A stretch of 64,000 bases of DNA. Origin: an uncultured Chloroflexia bacterium (GTDB lineage Bacteria > Chloroflexota > Limnocylindria > Limnocylindrales > CSP1-4). Of the stretch, positions 28,799-38,754 are shown piece by piece (the stretch's first letter is position 1; each line of letters starts with the position of its first letter). The position numbers and the translations under genes are program-made. Location: positions 640,001 to 704,000 of the forward strand of contig CAWEZH010000003.1 of NCBI GenBank assembly GCA_963813535.1, read 5' to 3'. Below the pieces are notes generated by a model, which worked only from the letters and a program-made list of their open reading frames with translations, made no database searches and had not been told where the DNA came from.

Positions 28799-28841
28799 AG
28801 GACGGACAGCCGCAGCCGTAGGCGGCCCTCTCCCTGGCTCC

Positions 28842-29264
28842 CTACACTGCCGGCCAGCGCTGGAGGACGATCTCCGCATCGGCGGGATCCATCCGGTAGC
28901 CCCGCGCGTCGGCATCCCAGGCGATCAGGTCTCGGCGGGCGACCCGGCGCATGACCTTGTTCGGCCCGGCGACGATTCCTGCGAACGCCGTGCCGGTGCG
29001 CTTCCCGTACCTGGCGGCAAGGTCGGCATCGAGGACGAGCGCCTCGTCTCGACTGGCCAGCTCGGCGACCTCGCGCAGCAAACGGCGGCTGTCGGCCCCC
29101 CGGATACCATTCAGCACCTCGCCCAGCTGCCGGCGGCGCAGATCGGCCTGGTCGGCCTGGTCCGGGACCAGGCTATCGGCATCTCGCTGTGGACCCATCA
29201 CCCAGCGCCACGCGAGCGCCAGCAGCTGCTCCTCCGTGTCCGCCTCGAACTCGACTCTAGGCAC
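28842..29264 (-). CDS. Hypothetical protein, possibly winged-helix
   Basis: Compact 140-aa ORF with GC3-rich codons filling the gap; helical C-terminus ending in a WDADARGYRM hairpin. Confidence 0.65.
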   Translation of the reverse strand: MPRVEFEADTEEQLLALAWRWVMGPQRDADSLVPDQADQADLRRRQLGEVLNGIRGADSRRLLREVAELASRDEALVLDADLAARYGKRTGTAFAGIVAGPNKVMRRVARRDLIAWDADARGYRMDPADAEIVLQRWPAV

Positions 29265-29472
29265 CTGAACTCACCTGTATAGGTCTGTAACTTATCTGCT
29301 TCGAATATAACACGTGGCATTTCGAGATGATACGTGGTACAGTGCGCGTATTCGGCTGCAAGGCTGCGAACCGCTTGATCCTCTGGCCCTTCGAACGACG
29401 GCGAGCCACCGGCATATCCCGCTTCGTGTCGACTTGGCCGCACAAACGCACCGACGACCAGAGGAGATACAC

Positions 29473-29778
29473 ATGCAGTACACCAGACTCTCCACGTACG
29501 ACCTGACCAAGGGCAGCTTCAACGAGCTGACCGGCATCGTCGAGAAGGGCCTCCTGCCGACCTTCGCCAAGGAGCCCGGCTTCGTGAACTACGGACTGGT
29601 CGATGCCGGCGACCACAAGGTCGTCGCGATCAGCATCTGGGAGACCCGCGAGCAGGCCCACAAGTCGGCCACCATGGCGACGACCTGGGTCCAGACGAAC
29701 ATCGCCGACCGCGTTCGGCCGCTGACCACCCAGATCGGTGACCTCGCCCTCTTCCGTGGGATGCCCGTCGCCGTCTAG
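29473..29778 (+). CDS. ABM-like (dimeric alpha/beta barrel) small protein
   Basis: GAGGAG RBS; EPGFVNYGLV, ISIWETRE. Confidence 0.8.
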   Translation: MQYTRLSTYDLTKGSFNELTGIVEKGLLPTFAKEPGFVNYGLVDAGDHKVVAISIWETREQAHKSATMATTWVQTNIADRVRPLTTQIGDLALFRGMPVAV

Positions 29779-29934
29779 GCCTCGGCTACCGCATCGCTGC
29801 GCGCTCGGGTCGGGGCCTACCCGCCGACCCCGCGCACGCGGCGATCACAGACCGCCCCGGCTCGTGCCGAGGCGGTCTTTGCTTGTCCAAGTCGGCCGCT
29901 TCTCGAACGTCCGCCGCGATAATGGCCGGCACTG

Positions 29935-30609
29935 ATGGCCACGTTTGCATTCATCCACGGAGCCGGCGACGTCGGCTGGTACTGGCACCTGGTCGGCGCC
30001 GAGCTGCAGCGTCGCGGCCATGAGACCGTCGCACCCGATCTCCCGATCGAGGACGACAGCGCCGGGCTGTCGCGGTATGCAGATGTCGTCGTCGACGCGA
30101 TCGGCGACCGGCGCGACGTCGTCGTGGTCGCCCAGTCGTTCGGTGGTTACGTCGCGCCGATCGTCGCGGAGCGGTTCGGTGCGCGATCGATCGTTCTCGT
30201 AGCGGGGATGGTGCCCTTGCCTGGCGAAACGGCGGAGGAGATGTTCGCCAACACCGGTTGGCAACCGGAGCGGCTCGATGACTCGAGCGCACGGTCGGTC
30301 TTCTACCACGACGTCCCGTCGAACCTCGCAGACGAGGCGCTCGCGCATGAACGACGCCAGTCCGACACGCCCGGCCGAGAGCCATGGCCACTCCCTGCAT
30401 GGCCCGCGATCCCGATCCGATTCGTCCTGTGCCGCAACGATCGGTTCTTTCCCGCGACGTGGCTACGGCCGGTCGTTCGCGATCGCCTCGGGATCGAACC
30501 CGAGGAGATCGACAGTGGTCACTGTCCGGCGCTGAGCCAGCCGGTTGCGCTCGCCACGCTCCTTGACCGGGGCGTTGGAGATGAGGTCACCGAGCGCCCA
30601 GCCCGGTGA
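29935..30609 (+). CDS. Alpha/beta hydrolase (family 6-like)
   Basis: FIHGAG, APDLP, VAQSFGG, DRFFP, DSGHCP. Confidence 0.9.
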   Translation: MATFAFIHGAGDVGWYWHLVGAELQRRGHETVAPDLPIEDDSAGLSRYADVVVDAIGDRRDVVVVAQSFGGYVAPIVAERFGARSIVLVAGMVPLPGETAEEMFANTGWQPERLDDSSARSVFYHDVPSNLADEALAHERRQSDTPGREPWPLPAWPAIPIRFVLCRNDRFFPATWLRPVVRDRLGIEPEEIDSGHCPALSQPVALATLLDRGVGDEVTERPAR

Positions 30610-30666
30610 TCGCTGGGCGGCGGCGATGGTACGCCCATGAGAGACACGACCGTCTATCGTTCGGCG

Positions 30667-31050
30667 ATGCCGCGCGATCCGAACGTCCCCGACGCGTTCG
30701 ACGTGTACACGCTGGTGCTCCTGCGCCGCCCAGGCGACGCCCCGGAGATGTCGGAGGACGAGCTCGACGCCCTGCAGGCACGGCACCTGGCCTATCGAGC
30801 GAAGCTGCGCGATGACGGCGTACTCGTTGCCAATGGCCCGCTCGGGGAGCAGTCGGATCCGTCCCTTCGAGGGCTCTCGATCCTGTCGTGCGATCTGGAC
30901 GAAGCCCGGCGCCTCACCGACCTCGACCCGTCCGTCCAGGCCGGGCGCCTGACCTACGACGTGTTCGAGTGGTGGGTTGCCGCCGGGACGTTGGCGTTCC
31001 CGGCGACGGCGAACACGGTCGGCGAGCGCCGGTCGATGTCCGACGACTGA
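30667..31050 (+). CDS. YCII-related protein
   Basis: HLAY, ANGPL, RGLSI, DPSVQAG. Confidence 0.85.
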   Translation: MPRDPNVPDAFDVYTLVLLRRPGDAPEMSEDELDALQARHLAYRAKLRDDGVLVANGPLGEQSDPSLRGLSILSCDLDEARRLTDLDPSVQAGRLTYDVFEWWVAAGTLAFPATANTVGERRSMSDD

Positions 31051-31074
31051 CGCTCGGAACGTCGGTGCGCCGGC

Positions 31075-31722
31075 CTACGCTGCCCCCTCCGGGGGTGCGT
31101 AGAACGTGGTCGTGTTCGCAACGTTGCGGGCGACCACCTCAGGATCGACGCCCGCGGCTCGGCTGGCCTCGCCCCAGGCCACGCTGCTCCGCGTCGCGAA
31201 GTCGCGTCCCTCGGCGGACAGCTGCCATGCCTCCGGATCGCCGACCGATCCGCCGCGGAGATGGAGCTCCAGCCCGAGCGTGCCCATGTCCCAACCGACG
31301 CCGACCGCACCCGGCCCGTATTCGCCCCACATCTCCTCGGGCACGACGGCGGTGTGTTCGAGCACGAAGACCGTCGCCTCGTCGCCCGCAGGCTCCAGCC
31401 GGACCTCCAGCTCCGAGTCGGCATTCGCGCCGGCCATCTCGCCGTATCCCCACGTGACGCGGAGCCGATTCGGGCGGTCGCATGCCACGATCTCACCGCC
31501 GGCATTACCCTCGAACTGGTAGCGCCCGCCGAGGCGGTAGTCACCGCTGATCGGCAGGAACCAGCGGCCGATCCGCTCGGGGTTGGTGAGCGCATCCCAG
31601 ACGTCCTCGATCGGGGCGTCGTAGGTCCGGCGTAGACGGACGGTATGGCCCTCGCCGGCCGCGATGCGGCCCTCGCCGACCTCGCGCTGGATGGCGTCGA
31701 TCTCACGAACGATGTCGATCAT
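31075..31722 (-). CDS. SRPBCC domain protein
   Basis: LRRTYDAPIEDVWDALTNPERIGRWF, GPGAVGVGWD. Confidence 0.92.
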   Translation of the reverse strand: MIDIVREIDAIQREVGEGRIAAGEGHTVRLRRTYDAPIEDVWDALTNPERIGRWFLPISGDYRLGGRYQFEGNAGGEIVACDRPNRLRVTWGYGEMAGANADSELEVRLEPAGDEATVFVLEHTAVVPEEMWGEYGPGAVGVGWDMGTLGLELHLRGGSVGDPEAWQLSAEGRDFATRSSVAWGEASRAAGVDPEVVARNVANTTTFYAPPEGAA

Positions 31723-32090
31723 CGGTCTTGTCTCCTATCGAGCTGTGGGTGGGGAGCCGCCCGAACGCGGCGCTCGCGCTTGCCGCGGGCGAGCTCCGTC
31801 GCAAGCGAATCGAGGCGCTGCCCCCAGAAGCGTCGGAAGTGGTCGAGCCAGTCATCGAGCTCGAGGAACGGGGCGGCGTCGACGGCATACAGCCGGCGGG
31901 TGCCCTCCGGCCGGACGGTCGTGAACCCGCTGTCACGGAGGACCTTGAGGTGCTGCGAGACGGCCGGTTGCGTGATCCCGAACTCGGCCTGGACGACCGA
32001 CGTGATCGCCCCCGACGGGAGCTCGCCGTCGGAAAGCAGTTCGAGGATCCGCCGTCGGACGGGGTCACCGAGGACGTCGAACGCGTGCAT
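31719..32090 (-). CDS. ArsR/SmtB family regulator
   Basis: MHAFDVLGDPVRRRILELL, QPAVSQHLKVLR. Confidence 0.92.
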   Translation of the reverse strand: MHAFDVLGDPVRRRILELLSDGELPSGAITSVVQAEFGITQPAVSQHLKVLRDSGFTTVRPEGTRRLYAVDAAPFLELDDWLDHFRRFWGQRLDSLATELARGKRERRVRAAPHPQLDRRQDR

Positions 32091-32099
32091 CGAGTCCGC

Positions 32100-32129
32100 A
32101 ATGTACAAGGTACGACTTATATAAGTCAA
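32100..32129 (-). promoter_or_regulatory. Promoter and ArsR operator
   Basis: TTGACT-18-TACATT; perfect palindrome GACTTATATAAGTC at 32114-32127. Confidence 0.6.
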
Positions 32130-32248
32130 GCCTGCCCTTTGGCGGTCAGGGCTGTCGCGCGGCGATGCAGGTGGGAGTCGCGGGTCCCGGGAATCGGAGG
32201 CCCGCCGGGCGGATGCCCGACGGGCCGAGTGGTGCAAGAGGGGGTAGG

Positions 32249-32761
32249 TCAGCGCTTGGCGGCCTCATCGATGAGCTCGCCAAGGCGGTCGTAGGACTCG
32301 AGCGCGCCACCGATCATGCCCGTCGCCAGCGCGCCATCGAGGACGTCGACCGATGGGAACCGGGTCCGTGCGACGACCTTGGTCCGGTCGCCGAGGTCCT
32401 CGTAGGTGATGGTGTTGATGGCTGCGGCGTCGGGGCCGCCCTCGTTGAACGGCGGCACGTCGAAGATCTCGGTGTAGACAAGCCGCGCCGGCGGATCGAC
32501 TTCCAAGTACTCACCCTTGAACGGGGTGTCACGGCCGTCCGGGGTATGCCCGACCCAGCGCCACCTCCCACCGACGCGGAGGTCCATCTCCTCGACGGTC
32601 GCACCGTGCCCTCGTGGACCCCACCAGTTCGTGACCTGGGCGGGGTCATTCATGACCTTCCAGACGAGCTCCCGCGGGGCATCGAAGACCCGCTCCATCA
32701 CGAGCTCCGGGCCATCGGTGTAGGCGGTCGTCCGTTCGTTGCCGAGCTGTTGCACAGCCAT
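32249..32761 (-). CDS. SRPBCC (AHSA1-like) domain protein
   Basis: ELVMERVFDAPRELVW, WWGP, MDLRVGGRWR; AGGAG RBS. Confidence 0.92.
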   Translation of the reverse strand: MAVQQLGNERTTAYTDGPELVMERVFDAPRELVWKVMNDPAQVTNWWGPRGHGATVEEMDLRVGGRWRWVGHTPDGRDTPFKGEYLEVDPPARLVYTEIFDVPPFNEGGPDAAAINTITYEDLGDRTKVVARTRFPSVDVLDGALATGMIGGALESYDRLGELIDEAAKR

Positions 32762-32789
32762 CGCTCCTGCTCCTTCCCGTGTCGTCGAG

Positions 32790-33149
32790 CTATCGAGAGT
32801 CAGCGTCATCGCGCTCCTCCTCCTTCTGCAGCTCCTTGAGGTACTCGTCGAGTCGATCGAAGCTGACCTCCCAGTGCCGCTTGTACTGGCCGACCCAGTC
32901 GGCAAGGTCCCGAAGCGGCTCCGGCGTCAGCCGGCAGGGCCGCCACTGGGCCTGCCGGCCCTGTTCGATGAGGCCGGCCCGCTGGAGCACCTTCAGGTGC
33001 TTCGAGATCGCGGGGAGGCTGATAACGAACGGGGCGGCGAGCTCCGTGACCGTCGCCTCCCCGGATGCCAGCCGGGCGAGGATCGCCCGGCGGGTCGGAT
33101 CGGCCAGGGCCGCGAACGTGGTGCTGAGTGGGTCGGTCGAGGTGGTCAT
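32790..33149 (-). CDS. ArsR/SmtB family regulator
   Basis: FAALADPTRRAILARL, PAISKHLKVL, AQWRPC. Confidence 0.93.
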   Translation of the reverse strand: MTTSTDPLSTTFAALADPTRRAILARLASGEATVTELAAPFVISLPAISKHLKVLQRAGLIEQGRQAQWRPCRLTPEPLRDLADWVGQYKRHWEVSFDRLDEYLKELQKEEERDDADSR

Positions 33150-33159
33150 TTCGCCTTCT

Positions 33160-33206
33160 GGTTAATTAACCTATCGGTATAATACGAGGCGACGGCCAGT
33201 TGTCAA
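33160..33206 (-). promoter_or_regulatory. Promoter and ArsR operator
   Basis: TTGACA-16-TATTAT; perfect palindrome GGTTAATTAACC at 33160-33171. Confidence 0.6.
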
Positions 33207-33236
33207 GCCCTGCCAGGTCCCAGAACGGGCACCGAC

Positions 33237-33752
33237 TCAGCAGTCGAACGCGAACCAGCACAGCTCGTTGCGCAGCCGCTGGTCGTCGAGCACGAGGTCC
33301 CGGATCTGGTCGGGCAGTCGGTGGCGCTGCCACTGGCATTCCACGCGGCCAGCCGCATCGCTCTCGTCGTCGGGCGCGGCCGCTCGCGCCGCCCTGACCG
33401 CGTAGGCCGCGGCGCCGAGCTCGTGGGCCGCGACATGGCCGACGGCCGCTGCCTGACCGGCAGCGTACGCGGCATGACGAGCTGCCCCACGCAGGTCTCT
33501 GGCTGCGGCATTGGCATGGCCGGCCGCCGTGCGGGCCTCGGCCCACGGGATCTCGCCCCGAGCCCAGGCGCGCGCCAGCTCGATCGCCCGTCGCGGACGG
33601 TCGTCCCCCGGTCGCGCCTGCTCGAAGTAGTGCAGCACGTGCTCGGCGCAGTCGGCGGCCCACACCGCGAGCAGGTGGTGGTCCGTGTCCTCGAGGCTGC
33701 CGCCGCGACGGACGGTGATGAACCTCGGATCGCGGACCTTGGGGAGGATCAT
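33237..33752 (-). CDS. Putative immunity protein (Imm5-like)
   Basis: MILPKVRDPRF, WAADCAEHVL, DDRPRRAI, AGQAAAVGHVAAHELGAAAYA, ECQWQ. Confidence 0.75.
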   Translation of the reverse strand: MILPKVRDPRFITVRRGGSLEDTDHHLLAVWAADCAEHVLHYFEQARPGDDRPRRAIELARAWARGEIPWAEARTAAGHANAAARDLRGAARHAAYAAGQAAAVGHVAAHELGAAAYAVRAARAAAPDDESDAAGRVECQWQRHRLPDQIRDLVLDDQRLRNELCWFAFDC

Positions 33753-33905
33753 TCGCGCTCCTTCGTCCGCCGCAGGCTTGGCCGGGGCCAACCGTACCCC
33801 CCAACGCCGCCGACCATCGCGGACCCGCGTGATCGACACGCGCCTGCAAGCCCCTCGTTCGTGCATCCCGATCCCGCGAGGGGGCGAAGCCACCATCATC
33901 GGGCG

Positions 33906-35044
33906 ATGGCGATCCTCGGCTCGCTCTTCGCGGTGGTCGGCCGGTTCGCCGGCCGCTTGCTCAACGCCGTGCTCGGCTGGGCGACGCTCCTGCTGTTCGG
34001 GAAGGTCGCGGGGTCGAAGCAGACGATCCTGCTCGTGGTCGCCCTTGGGTCGCTGCTCTGGGTCGTGACCCTGGTCGGCATCCTCGTGCCGGACATCGGC
34101 ACATTCATGCTCGCGTTCGTCCCTGTGCCCGACTTCATCGATGAGAACTGGGTGCGGCTCGCGATGCTTGCCCTGGCCTTGCTCATCCCGCTCGTCATCG
34201 GCGCGGCGGCGGTCTATCTCACGGAGGCAACGCAGCGACCGAAGGGGACAGGGCTCGTCCTTGGCGTCCTGCGTGGGTACCCGTTCACGTTCGTGCTGGC
34301 CGTGACGATCGTGGTGCTCGCCGGCGTCGCGCTGGCCAGGAAGCTGCGCAGTCTGTCCAAGCGCTGGGAGGACGCCCACGTCCCGGTCATCGTCAAGCCG
34401 GGCGCATACGACCAAGTGCTCGGACAGCTTCGCGACGTCCTGGACGCCGCCGACCTTCCGGTCCGCGTCCGGCCGGCACCGGCGATCGTGTCGCTGCCGC
34501 CCCGGCTGCTCGATGCCGTCGCGGGGCGGCGGTTGGGCGGTCTCGTGCCCGACCGCTTGATGCTGCTCGTGGGCGATGAGCTCGAGGTCCTGGTCTACCC
34601 GTCGGACGTCGCGATCTCCGGCACCAAGATCGCCACGGCACGAGCCAGGGCGGCCATCTCCAGCACGCTCACGCGCGCACCTGCCTACATGACGACGTCG
34701 GCCGAGGCGCAGCGGGTCGAGGACGCGATCCTCGAAGCGGCCGGCGACCCCGCCGACCGGGACCCGGCGTCGGTCCGCGGGCGGATCGCGCGAGTCCGCT
34801 CACTCGATCGCGCATCGCGCGACTGACGGTGCCCTTCGACGAGTGGGAGACGGTCTATCGCGAGCGGCTGCAGGTGGAGCGTGACCTCGTCGCGCTGGAG
34901 ATCGACACCTCCCCCGGCACCACCGCTGTCGAGCGGAAGCCCTCCGTCGGCGCACAGGTGGTGGCCCTCGGGACGGCCGCCTTGATCGCCGCGGACGCGA
35001 TGCTGCTCGCGGCGAACCTCATGCGGCCGCGTCGGCGGCGGTGA
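33906..35044 (+). CDS. Hypothetical membrane protein, frameshifted near 34810
   Basis: Multi-TM N-terminus; reading continues as IARLTVPFDEWETVYRERLQVERDL in another frame. Confidence 0.7.
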
Positions 35045-36107
35045 CCGCCGGCCCGCCGAACGCGCCCGTGATCAGGCCGATGACGAAGATCAGGTAGCCG
35101 AGGTAGAAGAGCCCGCCGACCAGCAGGTGACGGGCCCCGAGGCCGCCCCGACGACGAGCCGGGATGAAGATCACCGCCGTCGCGATGAGCGCGATCGCCG
35201 CCGACGCGAACGCCGTGTAGGAGCCTTCGCCGACCACCCACGTGTCCGCTGCAAGCGTCAGGCCGACGACCGTCGGGATCGTCGACTGGAAGACCATCGC
35301 GCCGGTGATGTTGCCCAGCGCGAGGGTGTCCTTGTTCTGGCGCACCCAGATGATCGAGTTGAACTTCTCGGGCAGCTCGGTGGCGATCGGTGCGATGACG
35401 AGCGCGAGGAGCACTTCGCTGACACCCAGCGCATGGGCGACGTTGTTGACGGCGTCGATGAAGAACACCGCGCCGACGATGATCAGGCCGATCGCGGCGA
35501 TCACCTGGAGCGCGATGACACGCAGTCGCGGGTCGCTCGGATCGAGCCGGTGGGCGCCCCGGTCCAGAGGATGCATCCGCAACGGGGCGAGGTCATCGGA
35601 GTGCTCGCCGGCCTCACCCGACAGGTGGCCCTTCACGTACCAGGCGTACAGCCCGATGAGCACGATGGCGACCGCCCAGCGCCCCGCCGACAGGTCCGGC
35701 GGCAGGAAGGCTGCCCCGACCGCCAGCCCGTAGCCGACGAAGAAGTAGCGCAGGTCGTGCGACAGGACGCCGGTATCGACCGCCATCGTCGTGCCGGTCG
35801 CGCGCCGCGCTCGGAACGCGAAGACCCCGACGCCGGTCACGAACATCGCCAGCGTCGAGAGCATGAACGGGGCGCCGAGGATGGCGCCGACACCGACCTC
35901 GTGTGCACCCTCGGCCGTCGCGAACACGATCGCGATGATCGGGATGAGCGTTTCGGGCAGGGCGGTGCCGACCGCTGCGAGCACGGAACCGACCGCGCCC
36001 TCGCCGAGACCGAGCTTGCGCCCCATCCACTCGATGCCGTTCGTGAAGAGCTCGGCTGCGAACAGGATGAGGACGAGACTGAGAAGGAGGACGACGGCAT
36101 CCGTCAT
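35019..36107 (-). CDS. Cation:Ca2+ antiporter (CaCA family)
   Basis: Alpha repeats AVGTALPE and PIATELPE, ALGNITGA. Confidence 0.9.
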   Translation of the reverse strand: MTDAVVLLLSLVLILFAAELFTNGIEWMGRKLGLGEGAVGSVLAAVGTALPETLIPIIAIVFATAEGAHEVGVGAILGAPFMLSTLAMFVTGVGVFAFRARRATGTTMAVDTGVLSHDLRYFFVGYGLAVGAAFLPPDLSAGRWAVAIVLIGLYAWYVKGHLSGEAGEHSDDLAPLRMHPLDRGAHRLDPSDPRLRVIALQVIAAIGLIIVGAVFFIDAVNNVAHALGVSEVLLALVIAPIATELPEKFNSIIWVRQNKDTLALGNITGAMVFQSTIPTVVGLTLAADTWVVGEGSYTAFASAAIALIATAVIFIPARRRGGLGARHLLVGGLFYLGYLIFVIGLITGAFGGPAVTAADAAA

Positions 36108-36173
36108 CGAGGACGCCTCGGGGGCATGGGGATCATGGCTTCGAGGATGGCATATCGGCGGCCAGAAGGCCGG

Positions 36174-36905
36174 TCAGCCCCGTCGACGACCGAGCCAGGC
36201 GACCAGCGGGAGGGCCAGCATCGGGGCCTCCAGGGCCGAATACAGGACCCCGGCACCGCGCGCGTTCAGGACGGTGGCGAGCCAGTCCGCCCACATCTGC
36301 CCGAAGGGGATGGACATCGCGACGAACACCGCCAACCCCACCCACCACGACCGCTCGCGGATCCCGAAGAGCGCGAACGGGAAGAGGCTCGGCTTGAGCA
36401 ATGCGAACGGCGCGCCGCCACGCCAGACGATGGCGACGGCCATCGCTGCCACGCACCAGATGACCGGGTTGCCCGTCCAGATCTTCAGTGGCGTCGTCGG
36501 CCAGGCGAGGCACAGCGCGATCAACGGCCAGACGGCCGGTCGTGGTGCGACGCGATGGATCGCCAGCACGGTGATCGCCGCCGGGATGCCCCACCACAGC
36601 ACGAGCGCCAGCGGCATCGGCAGCAACGCGGCCGGCACGAACAACCACAGCCCGACCGGCGGGTAGAGGATGTCGCCGTGGACGACCTCGTACGGTCCGG
36701 CAAGCTGCCGCGGCTCGTAGAACGGGCCGCCGGCGAGCCATCGATCGGCGGCATCGATATAGAGCTGGACGTCCTTGGCGAACGGCTGGTCCAGCGGCGC
36801 GGCGGTGACCAGCACGAACAGGACCGGTAGCAGGATCGTGGCGAGGGCGAGGGCGAGGGCGACCGGTCGTCGATCGAGGGTCGCGACGAGCCGGGCAGCC
36901 GTCAC
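36174..36905 (-). CDS. GT87-like polytopic membrane protein
   Basis: DVQLYIDAA...GGPFY, ILYPP, TGNP, LLKP. Confidence 0.65.
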   Translation of the reverse strand: MTAARLVATLDRRPVALALALATILLPVLFVLVTAAPLDQPFAKDVQLYIDAADRWLAGGPFYEPRQLAGPYEVVHGDILYPPVGLWLFVPAALLPMPLALVLWWGIPAAITVLAIHRVAPRPAVWPLIALCLAWPTTPLKIWTGNPVIWCVAAMAVAIVWRGGAPFALLKPSLFPFALFGIRERSWWVGLAVFVAMSIPFGQMWADWLATVLNARGAGVLYSALEAPMLALPLVAWLGRRRG

Positions 36906-38200
36906 GTGAGCCGCCCGCGAACCTCGTCAGGATCAGGGAGCGCGGCGAGGCGGCGCTCGAGGTACGCGCGTTCCGTGCGGTTGGTGGTGAGTGCCAGCGC
37001 ACGACGGTACGCCATCGCTGCCTCCGACCACCGTTCGAGCCGCCGCAACAGGTCCGCGCGGGCGGCATGGAGGTACAGGTAGTCGTCGAGCGCGCCATCC
37101 TGGGCGATGCCATCGATCATGGCCAGGCCGACGGCGGGTCCCTCCGCCATCGCCACGGCGACCCCGAGGTTGAGCTCGACGACCGGTGAGGGCTCCATGG
37201 CCATGAGCGCGCGATACAGCTCGACGATCTGTGGCCAGTCCGTCTCCGCCCAGGACCGTGCCTCGTCGTGGAGCGCCGCGATCGCCGCCTGCACCTGATA
37301 GGGCCCGGGTCGGTGGGACACGAGCGCGCGCCCGACGAGCTCCCTGCCCTCCTCGATGCGCGCGAGATCCCAGCGGGAGCGGTCCTGGTCCTCGAGAAGC
37401 ACGAGGTCGCCGGCCGCGTCGACGCGCGCCTCGCGTCGGGCGTCGTGGAGCAGCATCAGGGCCAGCAGCCCGATCGCCTCGGGCTCGTCGGGCAGCAGGG
37501 AGACGACGACGCGTGTCAGCCGGATCGCCTCGGCGCTCAGCTCGCGTCGGACCAGCGCGTCACCCGAGGTCGCGGCATAGCCCTCGTTGTAGACGAGGTA
37601 CAGCACCTTGAGCACCCCGCCGAGGCGTTCAGGCAGGACCTCCCGCGGCGGCACGCGATACGGGATGCCGGCAGCACGGATCTTCCGCTTGGCACGGACC
37701 AGGCGCTGCGCGAGCGTCGATTCGGGAACGAGGAACGCGCGGGCGATCTCCGGGGTCGTGAGCCCACCGAGCGTACGCAACGTCAAGGCGACCCGGCCAT
37801 CCATCGGCAGGGCCGGGTGACAGCAGGTGAAGATCAGCCGTAGTCGATCGTCGGGGATGGGCATCTCGCCCTCGGCGTCGGGCCCGGGCTCGATCGCCAC
37901 CAGCTCAGCCTCGATCGCGGCATCCCGGGCGAGCTCCTCGGTCTTGTCGCGCAGCCGCCGGCGGCGGCGCAACCGGTCGATCGCCCGGTTCCGGGCGGTC
38001 GTCGTGATCCACGCGCCGGGGTTGGCGGGCACGCCCCGCTCCGGCCAGACCTCGAGAGCCGCGATGAAGGCGTCCTGGACCGCCTCCTCGGCGAGATCGA
38101 AGTCGCCGAGGACGCGGATCAGTGTCGCGACCGCCCGCCCCTGCTCCTCGCGGAAGAGGCGGTCGACGACGTCGTGGGTGGCGGCGTCGGTCCGGCTCAG
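36902..38200 (-). CDS. ECF42-type sigma factor with C-terminal TPR-like extension
   Basis: DFDLAEEAVQDAF, DDRLRLIFTCCHPAL, QRLVRAKRKI, GPYQVQAAIAALH; start probably CTG at 38200. Confidence 0.9.
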   Translation of the reverse strand: MSRTDAATHDVVDRLFREEQGRAVATLIRVLGDFDLAEEAVQDAFIAALEVWPERGVPANPGAWITTTARNRAIDRLRRRRRLRDKTEELARDAAIEAELVAIEPGPDAEGEMPIPDDRLRLIFTCCHPALPMDGRVALTLRTLGGLTTPEIARAFLVPESTLAQRLVRAKRKIRAAGIPYRVPPREVLPERLGGVLKVLYLVYNEGYAATSGDALVRRELSAEAIRLTRVVVSLLPDEPEAIGLLALMLLHDARREARVDAAGDLVLLEDQDRSRWDLARIEEGRELVGRALVSHRPGPYQVQAAIAALHDEARSWAETDWPQIVELYRALMAMEPSPVVELNLGVAVAMAEGPAVGLAMIDGIAQDGALDDYLYLHAARADLLRRLERWSEAAMAYRRALALTTNRTERAYLERRLAALPDPDEVRGRLT

Positions 38201-38606
38201 CCCGCGGCCGCTCCGACCGACTCCTGGGCGGACTCCGTCGGGTAGTCGAACACCCATCACCGGCCGGACCTCGATCGTCGCGCCGAAGAGCGCGCCGGGG
38301 CACTGCGCGCCATAGGCGAGTGCCTCATCGAGATCCTTGGCCTCGATGATGTAGAAGCCGCCGAGCCCTTCCTTCGTCTCCGCGAAGGGGCCGTCGGTCG
38401 TGATGGTCTGACCGTCCTTGATCCGGACCGATGTCGCGGTCGTGACCGGCTGGAGCGCCTCGCCAGCCTCGTAGACGCCCTTGTCCTTGAGCATCTGCGT
38501 GTAGCCGTTGTAGGCGCTCATGACCTCGCCGAAGACCTCCGGGTTCGGCGGTTCGGGCGACGGGTTCGCGGTGTTCGTTGTCGTAGATGAGGATCGCGTA
38601 GCGCAT
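38197..38606 (-). CDS. YCII/DGPF-family protein with two apparent frameshifts
   Basis: MRYAILIYD, TDGPFAETKEGLGGFY, IEVRP; shifts near 38573 and 38254; usual ECF42 partner. Confidence 0.85.
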
Positions 38607-38754
38607 CTCGATCTGCCTCCTGACGTGCGTGGCCATCCTCTGTGTGGCCGTCATGCTCACGACGAACGGCCGACGTCCGAATCGACAGCGCCGCTACCGG
38701 TCGCCGCATCATCCGTCGGCGTCAGGTCGCCTGTCGAGGGGTATCGTGTCGGTC

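Noticed and set aside
33237-33752. Toxin-immunity pair around the Imm5-like gene
   Set aside because: No toxin or secretion gene adjacent; it appears to be an orphan
36902-38521. Apparent YCII-sigma fusion in the ORF track
   Set aside because: One extra base near 38254 explains it; the alternative frame gives a normal YCII end (VFDYPTESAQESVGAAAG*) overlapping the sigma start
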